The translations under genes were made by a program, and so were the position numbers. Below the pieces are notes generated by a model that was not told the DNA's origin, searched no databases, and saw nothing but the letters and a program-made list of their open reading frames with translations. A DNA stretch of 64,000 bases from Patescibacteria group bacterium (GTDB lineage: Bacteria; Patescibacteriota; Patescibacteriia; UBA1558; GWA2-36-10): positions 18,173 through 82,172 of the forward strand of contig JBAZSG010000004.1 in NCBI GenBank assembly GCA_041662585.1, in the 5' to 3' direction. Position 1 is the stretch's first letter; each line of letters starts with the position of its first letter. Of this stretch, positions 1 to 7,947 are shown in pieces.

Positions 1-34
1 CACAACTTCAAAAAAGTAGGCCACAGAAAAACAA

Positions 35-60
35 AACGGTCACCCCCGAGGGTGACCGTT
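35..60. terminator. Intrinsic terminator hairpin downstream of the DEAD-box helicase gene
   Basis: AACGGTCACCC-CCGA-GGGTGACCGTT perfect 11-bp stem with A-rich left and T-rich right flanks. Confidence 0.8.
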
Positions 61-68
61 ATTTTTTT

Positions 69-1763
69 TTATCTTCTATTTCTATTGGTTCGTTTGTGAC
101 GTTTTATTTTATTTCTAGCAAAGCCACTATTTCTTTTTCTAGGGCCTTGATAAGTGCCTCTAGAATAAGAAGCTCCATGATTATCTCTAGAGATAACAAT
201 AGTTTTATTACCAAAACGAGCTCCATTGAGATAGCTGATGACTTTGGAGACATCTTTTGTTTCCACTGAAAATACAGAGAAGTCTGATAGCAGAGTTATC
301 TCACCCAGCTCCAGACCTTTTAACTGTGGATTGGAATTGAACAAAGCAAACAAAGCTTTGATATCAAATCTATCACGCTTACCAATATTTATTTTTAGTC
401 TAGTACCACTACCACCACTGAGTTTGGTATCAAAGGCCTTGGTCTTGGCATTTAGATCTAGAGCGTGAGGACTAGCCAAGTCTTTAAATTTTTGGGCAAT
501 CAGATAGTTTATCAAATCATCTTTGTGTAGCGTATTTATTTTTCTAGTGATTTCTGGAAAATAGGCATGCTTGGCCAGCTCTTTTGTATCAGCGTGTATG
601 ATTTCTTCCAAAAAACTATCAATTTGTTTTTGGTAAACCTCTTCACCCTGAGGTATCTTTTTATAGGCAAAAGTTTTACCAATCATATGTTCCAAATCTC
701 GGATTCTTCTGCGATCTCCCGGAGTAATAATAGAAATAGCTATACCACTTTTTTTAGCCCGACCAGTACGGCCAGTTCTATGAGTATAGATTTCATTTTT
801 GTCAGGTAGATTATAGTTTATTACGTGCGTTAGATTGCTCACATCAATACCACGAGCAGCTACATCGGTTGCTACTAAGAGGCCTTGGGTTTTGGTTTTA
901 AATCTGGCCATTATTTTGGTACGCATAGTTTGTGATACATCACCATGTAGCGCTTCACAATCATAGCCAGATCTATTTAGTTTGTCAGCTATGTCTTGAG
1001 TTTCCCTTTTGGTACGACAAAATAGTATGCCGTATACTCCAGGCAAAAAATCCAAAATTCTTTTGAGTGAATCAAAACGATCACGAGCAGAGATTATATA
1101 ATATTCATGACTTACATTTTCAGCGCCAATATTTTGTTTGCCAGCACTTATCTCATGAATATCTTTCATGTATTTTTTGGCAATCGCATGAACACTTTTA
1201 GAAATAGTAGCTGAAAAAAGTAAAGTCTGTTTGTTTTTTGGTGTTTCGGCTAAGATAGCATCAAGGTCATCTTTGAATCCCATATCTAGCATTTCATCAG
1301 CTTCATCTAGCACAGCCCATTTGATATTTTGAAGTTTCAAAAACTTTTTTCGTATCAAATCATGGACACGACCAGGCGTACCAATCACAATATTGGTCCC
1401 TCTTCTGAGAGCTTTGATTTGAATATCTATTCTTTCACCACCATAGACTGGAGTGATATCTAGTCTTTTAGAATACTTGGCAAATTTTTGTATATCTTGA
1501 GAAATCTGTAGACATAGCTCTCTAGTGGGGCAGAGTACAATAGCTTGTAAATCACGAGTACCAGCTTTGATTTGATTTAAAATTGGCAAGCCAAAAGCCG
1601 CTGTCTTTCCAGTGCCAGTTTGGGCCAAAGCTATGAGATCTTGTGTAGAATTTAGGATAAAAGGAATAGCCTTCTCTTGAATATGAGTAGGTTCGGTAAA
1701 TCCCAAATCATTTAGGCTCTCCATTATTTCAGAATTTAAGCCCAATTCTTTAAATGTTTTCAT
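69..1763 (-). CDS. deaD: DEAD-box RNA helicase (DeaD/CsdA-like) with DbpA-type C-terminal RNA-binding domain
   Basis: AQTGTGKT, PTREL, DEAD, SAT, HRTGRTGR motifs; basic C-terminal tail. Confidence 0.9.
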   Translation of the reverse strand: MKTFKELGLNSEIMESLNDLGFTEPTHIQEKAIPFILNSTQDLIALAQTGTGKTAAFGLPILNQIKAGTRDLQAIVLCPTRELCLQISQDIQKFAKYSKRLDITPVYGGERIDIQIKALRRGTNIVIGTPGRVHDLIRKKFLKLQNIKWAVLDEADEMLDMGFKDDLDAILAETPKNKQTLLFSATISKSVHAIAKKYMKDIHEISAGKQNIGAENVSHEYYIISARDRFDSLKRILDFLPGVYGILFCRTKRETQDIADKLNRSGYDCEALHGDVSQTMRTKIMARFKTKTQGLLVATDVAARGIDVSNLTHVINYNLPDKNEIYTHRTGRTGRAKKSGIAISIITPGDRRRIRDLEHMIGKTFAYKKIPQGEEVYQKQIDSFLEEIIHADTKELAKHAYFPEITRKINTLHKDDLINYLIAQKFKDLASPHALDLNAKTKAFDTKLSGGSGTRLKINIGKRDRFDIKALFALFNSNPQLKGLELGEITLLSDFSVFSVETKDVSKVISYLNGARFGNKTIVISRDNHGASYSRGTYQGPRKRNSGFARNKIKRHKRTNRNRR

Positions 1764-1864
1764 AATATATTGTATTGTAGTAGTTTCAGAATTAGTATCT
1801 CTGAAAGCACAAGCGCTACAATACCATATTTTATTTATTTTGTCAAGCTTTAGAGGGTTAGCAA

Positions 1865-3640
1865 TTATCGATTGCTCTTTTTTCTATCATTTTCGGTCAA
1901 ACCTTGTTTGCGTAATCTGACATTGTGAGGTGTGACTTCTAGATATTCATCCTCAGATATTATTTCCAGTCCAGTTTCAATAGTCAATACATTAGGAGGA
2001 GTCAAGGCAATAGCCTCATCAGCTCCAGAGGAGCGCATATTGGACAATTGTTTACCTTTGATAGGATTGACCACCATATCATAGCCTTTGGCAGTATTAC
2101 CAATGACCATACCTTCATAGACCTCTATATTTGGTCCAATATATAGATCGCCTCTTTCTTGAAGATTAAAGAGTGAAAAACCAAGAGCTTTACCAGTAGC
2201 CATAGAAATCATAGAACCAACATTGCGTTTTTTAATTTCACCAGTATAAGGTCGGTATTCTAAAAAGTGTGAGCAAAGGATACCTTCGCCACGAGTATCA
2301 ACGGTAAATTCACCACGATAGCCCAGTAGTCCACGAGTCGGTATTTCAAAGATAATACGCATTTGTCCGTTTTCAGTAGTCAGTTTGGTGACAATACCTT
2401 TGCGTTTACCCATCTTTTCCATGACAATACCAGAGCTAGCTTCAGGCACATCAATAGTGACTTCTTCAAATGGTTCAAATTTTTTGCCATCTCGTTCTTC
2501 AATGATAACTTTTGGTTGAGATACTTGTAGCTCATAGCCTTCACGACGCATTTGTTCTATGAGTATGGCAGCATGCAGCTCACCACGACTATATACCTTA
2601 AAGAATTCACCAGAAAAATCAATCTTCATACCCACATTTACTTCTAGTTCTTTGGCTAGTCTTTCTTTGATTTGTTTAGAAGTGACAAACTTACCTTCTC
2701 GTCCAGCAAAGGGAGAATTGTTTACCAAAAAGTCTAGCGATATTGTGGGTTCATCAACAGTGATAGCTGGTAGTCCTGCTTGCTCCTTATCTACACAAAG
2801 TGTTTCGCCAATATCAATATCAGAAAATCCAGCTACCATGACAATATCTCCAGCTATAGCTTCTTCTGTTTCTTGACGCTCAAGTCCTTTAAAAGTAAAG
2901 AGCTTGGTTACTCTAGCCGTACGACTAGTACCATCTATACTTTTGACTACTAGGTTAGCTCCTGTTTGTATAGTCCCTTCATACACGCGTGCTAGAGCCA
3001 TACGTCCCAAGAAATTATCATAGGCAAGGTTGAATACTTGAGCTCTTAGTGGTGCCTGACTATCAGTCTTAGCAGCTGGTACTTTTTCTAGGATTATATC
3101 AAGCAGTGGAAATATATCTTTGTCCTCATCCGTCAAATATCTTTTGGCTATACCGTTTTTGGCTATAGCATAGACGGTAGTAAAATCAAGTTGCTCATCA
3201 CTAGCGCCTAGATCCATAAACAATTCAAAAACTTGCTCATGAGCTCTGTGAGGATTGGCAGCAGGCTTATCAATTTTATTTAGTATGACAATTGGCTTAA
3301 GCCCTAGTTCCAAAGATTTTTTGAGTACAAATCTAGTCTGAGGCATAGGACCTTCTTGAGCATCTACCACTAGCAAGACACTATCAATAGAGCGCAGTAC
3401 TCGCTCTACTTCACTACCAAAGTCAGCATGACCTGGAGTATCAACAATATTTATCTTGGTATCTTTGTAAAAGACTGAAGCATTTTTGGAGTAAATAGTA
3501 ATACCACGCTCTTGTTCAAGCGTGTTGGAATCCATAGTACTCTCATCTGAGACCATACCAGTTTGTTTTAGTATAGAGTCAGTCAGCGCTGTTTTACCAT
3601 GGTCTACGTGAGCTATAATTGCGATATTTCTTATTTGCAT
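1865..3640 (-). CDS. typA: Translational GTPase TypA/BipA (start reassigned to ATG at 3640)
   Basis: RNIAIIAHVDHGKT, DTPGHADF, NKID, NNSPFAGREGK, EPFEE motifs. Confidence 0.95.
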   Translation of the reverse strand: MQIRNIAIIAHVDHGKTALTDSILKQTGMVSDESTMDSNTLEQERGITIYSKNASVFYKDTKINIVDTPGHADFGSEVERVLRSIDSVLLVVDAQEGPMPQTRFVLKKSLELGLKPIVILNKIDKPAANPHRAHEQVFELFMDLGASDEQLDFTTVYAIAKNGIAKRYLTDEDKDIFPLLDIILEKVPAAKTDSQAPLRAQVFNLAYDNFLGRMALARVYEGTIQTGANLVVKSIDGTSRTARVTKLFTFKGLERQETEEAIAGDIVMVAGFSDIDIGETLCVDKEQAGLPAITVDEPTISLDFLVNNSPFAGREGKFVTSKQIKERLAKELEVNVGMKIDFSGEFFKVYSRGELHAAILIEQMRREGYELQVSQPKVIIEERDGKKFEPFEEVTIDVPEASSGIVMEKMGKRKGIVTKLTTENGQMRIIFEIPTRGLLGYRGEFTVDTRGEGILCSHFLEYRPYTGEIKKRNVGSMISMATGKALGFSLFNLQERGDLYIGPNIEVYEGMVIGNTAKGYDMVVNPIKGKQLSNMRSSGADEAIALTPPNVLTIETGLEIISEDEYLEVTPHNVRLRKQGLTENDRKKSNR

Positions 3641-3647
3641 GAGGCAA

Positions 3648-3676
3648 AGAGTAACAGGAACAGTGATTTGTGTCAA
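3648..3676 (-). promoter_or_regulatory. Sigma70 promoter of typA, probably leaderless
   Basis: Minus strand TTGACA-17 bp-TACTCT-7 nt-ATG. Confidence 0.65.
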
Positions 3677-3750
3677 GGTTTTTAGGGGGTTTCTTGAAAA
3701 ATAAGGTTAAATAGGTTAAGCTAAATTATAGGTTATATAAGTATAAAAAT

Positions 3751-5265
3751 ATGAATTTTTTGCATAATAAAAATATAGTAAAAATAAAAAAAGCTTACGC
3801 AAGATTCAAGGCCCCATATAGACAAAAGCTTGAAGAGGAATATTATGAATATTTTAGCTATTTGTTTACTAGGGCATTCGAAGTTGGAGGAGTATCATAT
3901 TTGTTTGCTTTATTAAGAGTATCTGGAATGCAATCTGCTGGCTGGGACTCATTTATAGAATCAGACGAAGCATTAAAAGACTATTCAAAGATTTTAAGAA
4001 AAACTAAAAAGAATAGCAAAAAAGTTGATAAGCTATCATTTAGACTAGCTTTATTGATGTATAGTCATGCTACAGAAATGTCGGCGCCTTATGAAATTAT
4101 TTCAAATCTTATTAACTGTATCGCTAATAAACCATATTTAATTAGACCATTTTGTGAATTTGAAAAAAATCGCAGAGAACCATTACATCCAAAAAGTAAA
4201 ATTGAACATATTAAAAATAAAGCCAGAGCAATTGGAGAAAATAAGTTACCAAACATCTTATTTGGCTTTTTTAATGAAGATATTAGAAATGCTTTCTATC
4301 ATTCAGATTACACAATTACAGAAAATGAATTTAGAATTACAAGAGAAGATGAAATACCAAAATCTATTAAACTTGAAGAGGTCTCTGATAAATTAACTCG
4401 TTGTTTTGCATTTTATTCTGCTTTTTTTACTGCATATAAGAATGCAAGAGCTACATTTAATAAAATGCCTAGGAATTATTTTAAATGGCCAGATTTTGAA
4501 GTTTTTGAATTAGTAAAAAATAAAAAAACAGGCTTAGTTGGATTTAAGATACACCATTCTACAGGCACAGTGTCGAGTTTTAATCGCTTAGATGATGGTT
4601 CGGTAGATGCTATGAATCTTATATTTTCTCCAAATGGTCAAATTGGACTACAGATAGGTAATTTAGATGAACGTAAAGATAAATGGCTTGTAGATGGTGA
4701 AGAATTTTTTGAATACGGTACGAGATATAATGGATCCAATAAATGGCAGCCAATAGTTTTTAAAGGTGATCCTGATATAGTTTCTAAAAAAGTAAGGGCA
4801 TTAGATACGAGTGAAGATATACAAGGGATATTATTTTATGTGGAATGCACTGGTTATAAAGCGATAGAATTTGTTATCAAAAGTGATAAAAAGCTTTTTC
4901 GTGGAAAAAATTATAGTACCCCAAAGTTTGGCAACTTAGAAAAAATATTAATTGAGGAATTCAAGTCTACTGATTCTACAACGTATATTTATGATGGCAC
5001 GGTATACCTTAAAGATGCTAGTATTGGAAATATAAAAAATAATTTGGATAGAATTAAAAAAATTGAAAATAAATTTAAAAAGAAAAACCAAGACATAAAT
5101 ATTATGTTAAAATATTCAATTTATGGTGGGGCGGGTGTACAAAAAAATGATAATGGTACAATATCGATAAGTTTTAGCATGTCTAATCCTAGAAATACTA
5201 TGGTAGTTTCAGATTTATCAATCTTACCTTCTTCTGATTGGACAATAAAAGAAGAATGGATATAA
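3751..5265 (+). CDS. Hypothetical protein with HEPN-like RxxxxH motif (putative RNase)
   Basis: 504-aa ORF; helical N-terminal half contains IRNAFYH; C-terminal half not recognised. Confidence 0.55.
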   Translation: MNFLHNKNIVKIKKAYARFKAPYRQKLEEEYYEYFSYLFTRAFEVGGVSYLFALLRVSGMQSAGWDSFIESDEALKDYSKILRKTKKNSKKVDKLSFRLALLMYSHATEMSAPYEIISNLINCIANKPYLIRPFCEFEKNRREPLHPKSKIEHIKNKARAIGENKLPNILFGFFNEDIRNAFYHSDYTITENEFRITREDEIPKSIKLEEVSDKLTRCFAFYSAFFTAYKNARATFNKMPRNYFKWPDFEVFELVKNKKTGLVGFKIHHSTGTVSSFNRLDDGSVDAMNLIFSPNGQIGLQIGNLDERKDKWLVDGEEFFEYGTRYNGSNKWQPIVFKGDPDIVSKKVRALDTSEDIQGILFYVECTGYKAIEFVIKSDKKLFRGKNYSTPKFGNLEKILIEEFKSTDSTTYIYDGTVYLKDASIGNIKNNLDRIKKIENKFKKKNQDINIMLKYSIYGGAGVQKNDNGTISISFSMSNPRNTMVVSDLSILPSSDWTIKEEWI

Positions 5266-5284
5266 CGTAATTAAATTATTTTTA

Positions 5285-5371
5285 GGAGAGTTGGCAGAGT
5301 GGTCTATTGCGGCGGTTTTAAAAACCGAAGGCCCTTTTTAGGGCTCAAGGGTTCGAATCCCTTACTCTCCG
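5285..5371 (+). tRNA. Atypical tRNA: serine-type body with UAA (Leu) anticodon, CCA not encoded
   Basis: GGAGAGT/ACTCTCC acceptor stem, G73, D-arm GCAG..TTGC, loop TTTAAAA with anticodon at 5319-5321, 6-bp variable arm, T-arm AAGGG-TTCGAAT-CCCTT. Confidence 0.85.
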
Positions 5372-5377
5372 AATGCC

Positions 5378-6235
5378 ATGTTTGAAGCTTTTCATATATA
5401 TAAATATATGGGTGATTTAGATGAATACACATTAAACATCTATACTGATGGCTCAGGTAAATGGCATCCAATGAGAGGAGGTGTTGGAGTTGTATTTGTG
5501 TTTCCAGAAATATGTAAACGAGATTTGATATTAAAAGAATTACAAAGATATTCGGGTGCAAATATTGCCCAGATGGAATTACAAGCTTGTTTAGTTGGGC
5601 TAAAAGAGATATTAAAGTTTAATGATTTGGAAGGTGTCCAGGCTATTACCTTTTGGGTGGATCGTCAAGAAATCCCTGATAATTATACAAAAGCTATTTA
5701 TGTTTGGCCAAATTCTAAACCACCGTGGTACAGATCTAATGGTGCCCCTGTAATGAATGCTCAGCTTTGGAAAGACCTAGTTAGAGAAATGAATAAGGTA
5801 TATAATAATTTTCATATTAGAGTGACATTTAAATGGATAAAAGGACATGATGGGCATGAATTTAATTCTATAGCTAATAGGTTGGCAAAGTCATCAGCCG
5901 ATAAACCGGTTCAAAAGCCTATTATGAAAATATCGGAAGTTAATGTTAGAAAAAAATTATTTGATAATAAAGTAAAAAGAGGTTCTGTTAAGATGAATGG
6001 TCAAAAGATAATTATCAGGATAACTACGGGAGAATTATTGCCTCAGAAAATATGGAAGTATCAATATGAAGTTTTGTCTGAAAAAAGTCAATTTTATAAA
6101 CTTTCAGATATAATTTATTTTTCAGAAAATTTAAGAGCAGGACATGTGTTTGAAATAACTTGTAATAAAAATCAAAATTTTCCACAAATATCAAAAATTA
6201 TAAGAGAACTAGATAAAGAGTTATATAAAAAATAG
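5378..6235 (+). CDS. RNase H (type I fold) protein with ~110-aa C-terminal extension; alternative start at 5408
   Basis: IYTDGS, N..MEL.A, WVD, V.N..LW, WIKGHDGH..N..ANRLA motifs. Confidence 0.85.
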   Translation: MFEAFHIYKYMGDLDEYTLNIYTDGSGKWHPMRGGVGVVFVFPEICKRDLILKELQRYSGANIAQMELQACLVGLKEILKFNDLEGVQAITFWVDRQEIPDNYTKAIYVWPNSKPPWYRSNGAPVMNAQLWKDLVREMNKVYNNFHIRVTFKWIKGHDGHEFNSIANRLAKSSADKPVQKPIMKISEVNVRKKLFDNKVKRGSVKMNGQKIIIRITTGELLPQKIWKYQYEVLSEKSQFYKLSDIIYFSENLRAGHVFEITCNKNQNFPQISKIIRELDKELYKK

Positions 6236-6271
6236 CTTGATTTTTTAGCTAGAAAATGGGAAAATGTAGCT

Positions 6272-7057
6272 ATGATTAAACCATATTATGTTAAGCCAAA
6301 GTTCAGATTATATCATGCCAACGCGCTTGATTTTTTAGCCAATGTAAAACCAAATTCAGTAGATATGATTTTTGCTGATCCCCCATATAATTTATCAAAC
6401 GGAGGCTTCACTGTGCATGCTGGAAAAATGACGTCTGTAAACAAAGGAGATTGGGATAAAAGTAAAGGATTTGAAGGGGATTATGATTTTCATCATAAAT
6501 GGCTCGAAGCTTGTAAGAGAGTCTTAAAACCAAACGGTACACTTTGGGTAAGTGGAACTTATCATTCTATATATCAGTGTGGACACGCTTTACAGTCTTT
6601 GGGCTATCACATATTAAATGATATAAGCTGGTTCAAACCAAACGCTTCACCAAATTTAAGCTGTCGTTTTTTCACGGCTAGTCACGAAACTTTAATTTGG
6701 GCTAGGAAAGATAAAAAGGGCAAACACACCTTTAATTATAAAGAAATGAAAGGTGGAAATTGGCATGAACAGGATTTGATTAAAAAACCTGATAAACAAA
6801 TGAGGTCTGTTTGGGGCATTATGACGCCTAGAAATGGAGAAAAAAAATTTGGTAAGCATCCTACTCAGAAGCCATTAGATTTATTAAATAGGATAGTACT
6901 AGCCAGTACCAATAAAGGGGATTTAATTTTAGATCCATTTGCTGGTAGTTCTACAACAGGTATATCTGCTTATGCATTAGGTAGAAAGTTTATTGGTATT
7001 GATATGGATAAGAAGTTTTTAGATTTATCTATTAAGAGGTTTGAAGATATAAAATAA
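6272..7057 (+). CDS. Beta-class amino-DNA methyltransferase (DpnA-like)
   Basis: FADPPY near N-terminus, HPTQKP, DPFAGSSTT near C-terminus; adjacent to a DpnII-type endonuclease. Confidence 0.9.
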   Translation: MIKPYYVKPKFRLYHANALDFLANVKPNSVDMIFADPPYNLSNGGFTVHAGKMTSVNKGDWDKSKGFEGDYDFHHKWLEACKRVLKPNGTLWVSGTYHSIYQCGHALQSLGYHILNDISWFKPNASPNLSCRFFTASHETLIWARKDKKGKHTFNYKEMKGGNWHEQDLIKKPDKQMRSVWGIMTPRNGEKKFGKHPTQKPLDLLNRIVLASTNKGDLILDPFAGSSTTGISAYALGRKFIGIDMDKKFLDLSIKRFEDIK

Positions 7058-7061
7058 TAAT

Positions 7062-7943
7062 ATGGAAAAAGATTTTGATAAATTAATAAATACTTTTCAG
7101 GAATCAATTTTTACTTGGGGTTATTTTACTGATTTTGAAAAGGTTAATAAAAATATTAGCAAAATAGAAAGAAAATTAAATTTACTTAATTCTTTAATTG
7201 GCAAAGACAATATTGAAAATGAGTTTATAGATTTAATTAAGGAATATCCAGAGGTAAAAGAAGTACTGCCAATTTTAATTGCAGTTAGAAAAGACAAGTT
7301 AAAAGAATTGTCTATTATTTCTGATATTATTAATTTAGATCATGATAAAAAATATGATATTTTTTATGAAGGCTTAAACGAAGAAAATGCAAAAGAATTA
7401 AAAATATTTTTTAATGAAAGTGGACTAAAAGACATTTTTAAAAATAAGAATATAAAAAATGTGGTTGATTATGTTTTTGGTATAGAAGTAGGAATGGATA
7501 CTAACGCTAGAAAAAACAGAACAGGAGATTTAATGGAAGATTTAGTAGAAAAATTTTTAGAGATATTTTGTAAAGATAAAAATTTTGTTTTTATTGAGCA
7601 AGCTACTAAGGTTAAAATTAAAAAAGCGTTTAATTATGATTTAGAAATTGATAAGAATAATAGAAGATTTGATTTTGCTTTATTTAATAAAGAAGAAAAA
7701 AAGCTATATTTAATGGAAGTTAATTATTATGGAGGAGGAGGTTCTAAATTAAAAGCAACTGCTGGTGAATATCAAAAATTAAATGATTTTTTAAAAAATC
7801 AAAATATAACATTTATTTGGGTTACAGACGGCAAAGGCTGGTTAACATCAAGAAATTCTTTAAAAGAGACTTTTAAGCATAATGATTATGTGATTAATTT
7901 GGAAATGCTTAAAAATGGAAGCTTAAAAACTATAGTAAAGTAA
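7062..7943 (+). CDS. Type II restriction endonuclease, DpnII/MboI family (probably GATC-specific)
   Basis: DYVFGIEVGMDTNARKNRTG, RFDF, EVNYYGGGGSKL, FIWVTDGKGW family motifs. Confidence 0.9.
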   Translation: MEKDFDKLINTFQESIFTWGYFTDFEKVNKNISKIERKLNLLNSLIGKDNIENEFIDLIKEYPEVKEVLPILIAVRKDKLKELSIISDIINLDHDKKYDIFYEGLNEENAKELKIFFNESGLKDIFKNKNIKNVVDYVFGIEVGMDTNARKNRTGDLMEDLVEKFLEIFCKDKNFVFIEQATKVKIKKAFNYDLEIDKNNRRFDFALFNKEEKKLYLMEVNYYGGGGSKLKATAGEYQKLNDFLKNQNITFIWVTDGKGWLTSRNSLKETFKHNDYVINLEMLKNGSLKTIVK

Positions 7944-7947
7944 TAAT

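Noticed and set aside
5285-5371. Calling the island tRNA a plain tRNA-Leu, a stop suppressor, tRNA-Sec or an allo-tRNA
   Set aside because: The body is Ser-type; anticodon TAA reads UUA, not a stop codon; the fold is canonical 7/5, not 8/5, 8/4 or 9/3.
5304-5561. 85-aa minus-strand ORF
   Set aside because: Antisense shadow of the tRNA and the RNase H gene.
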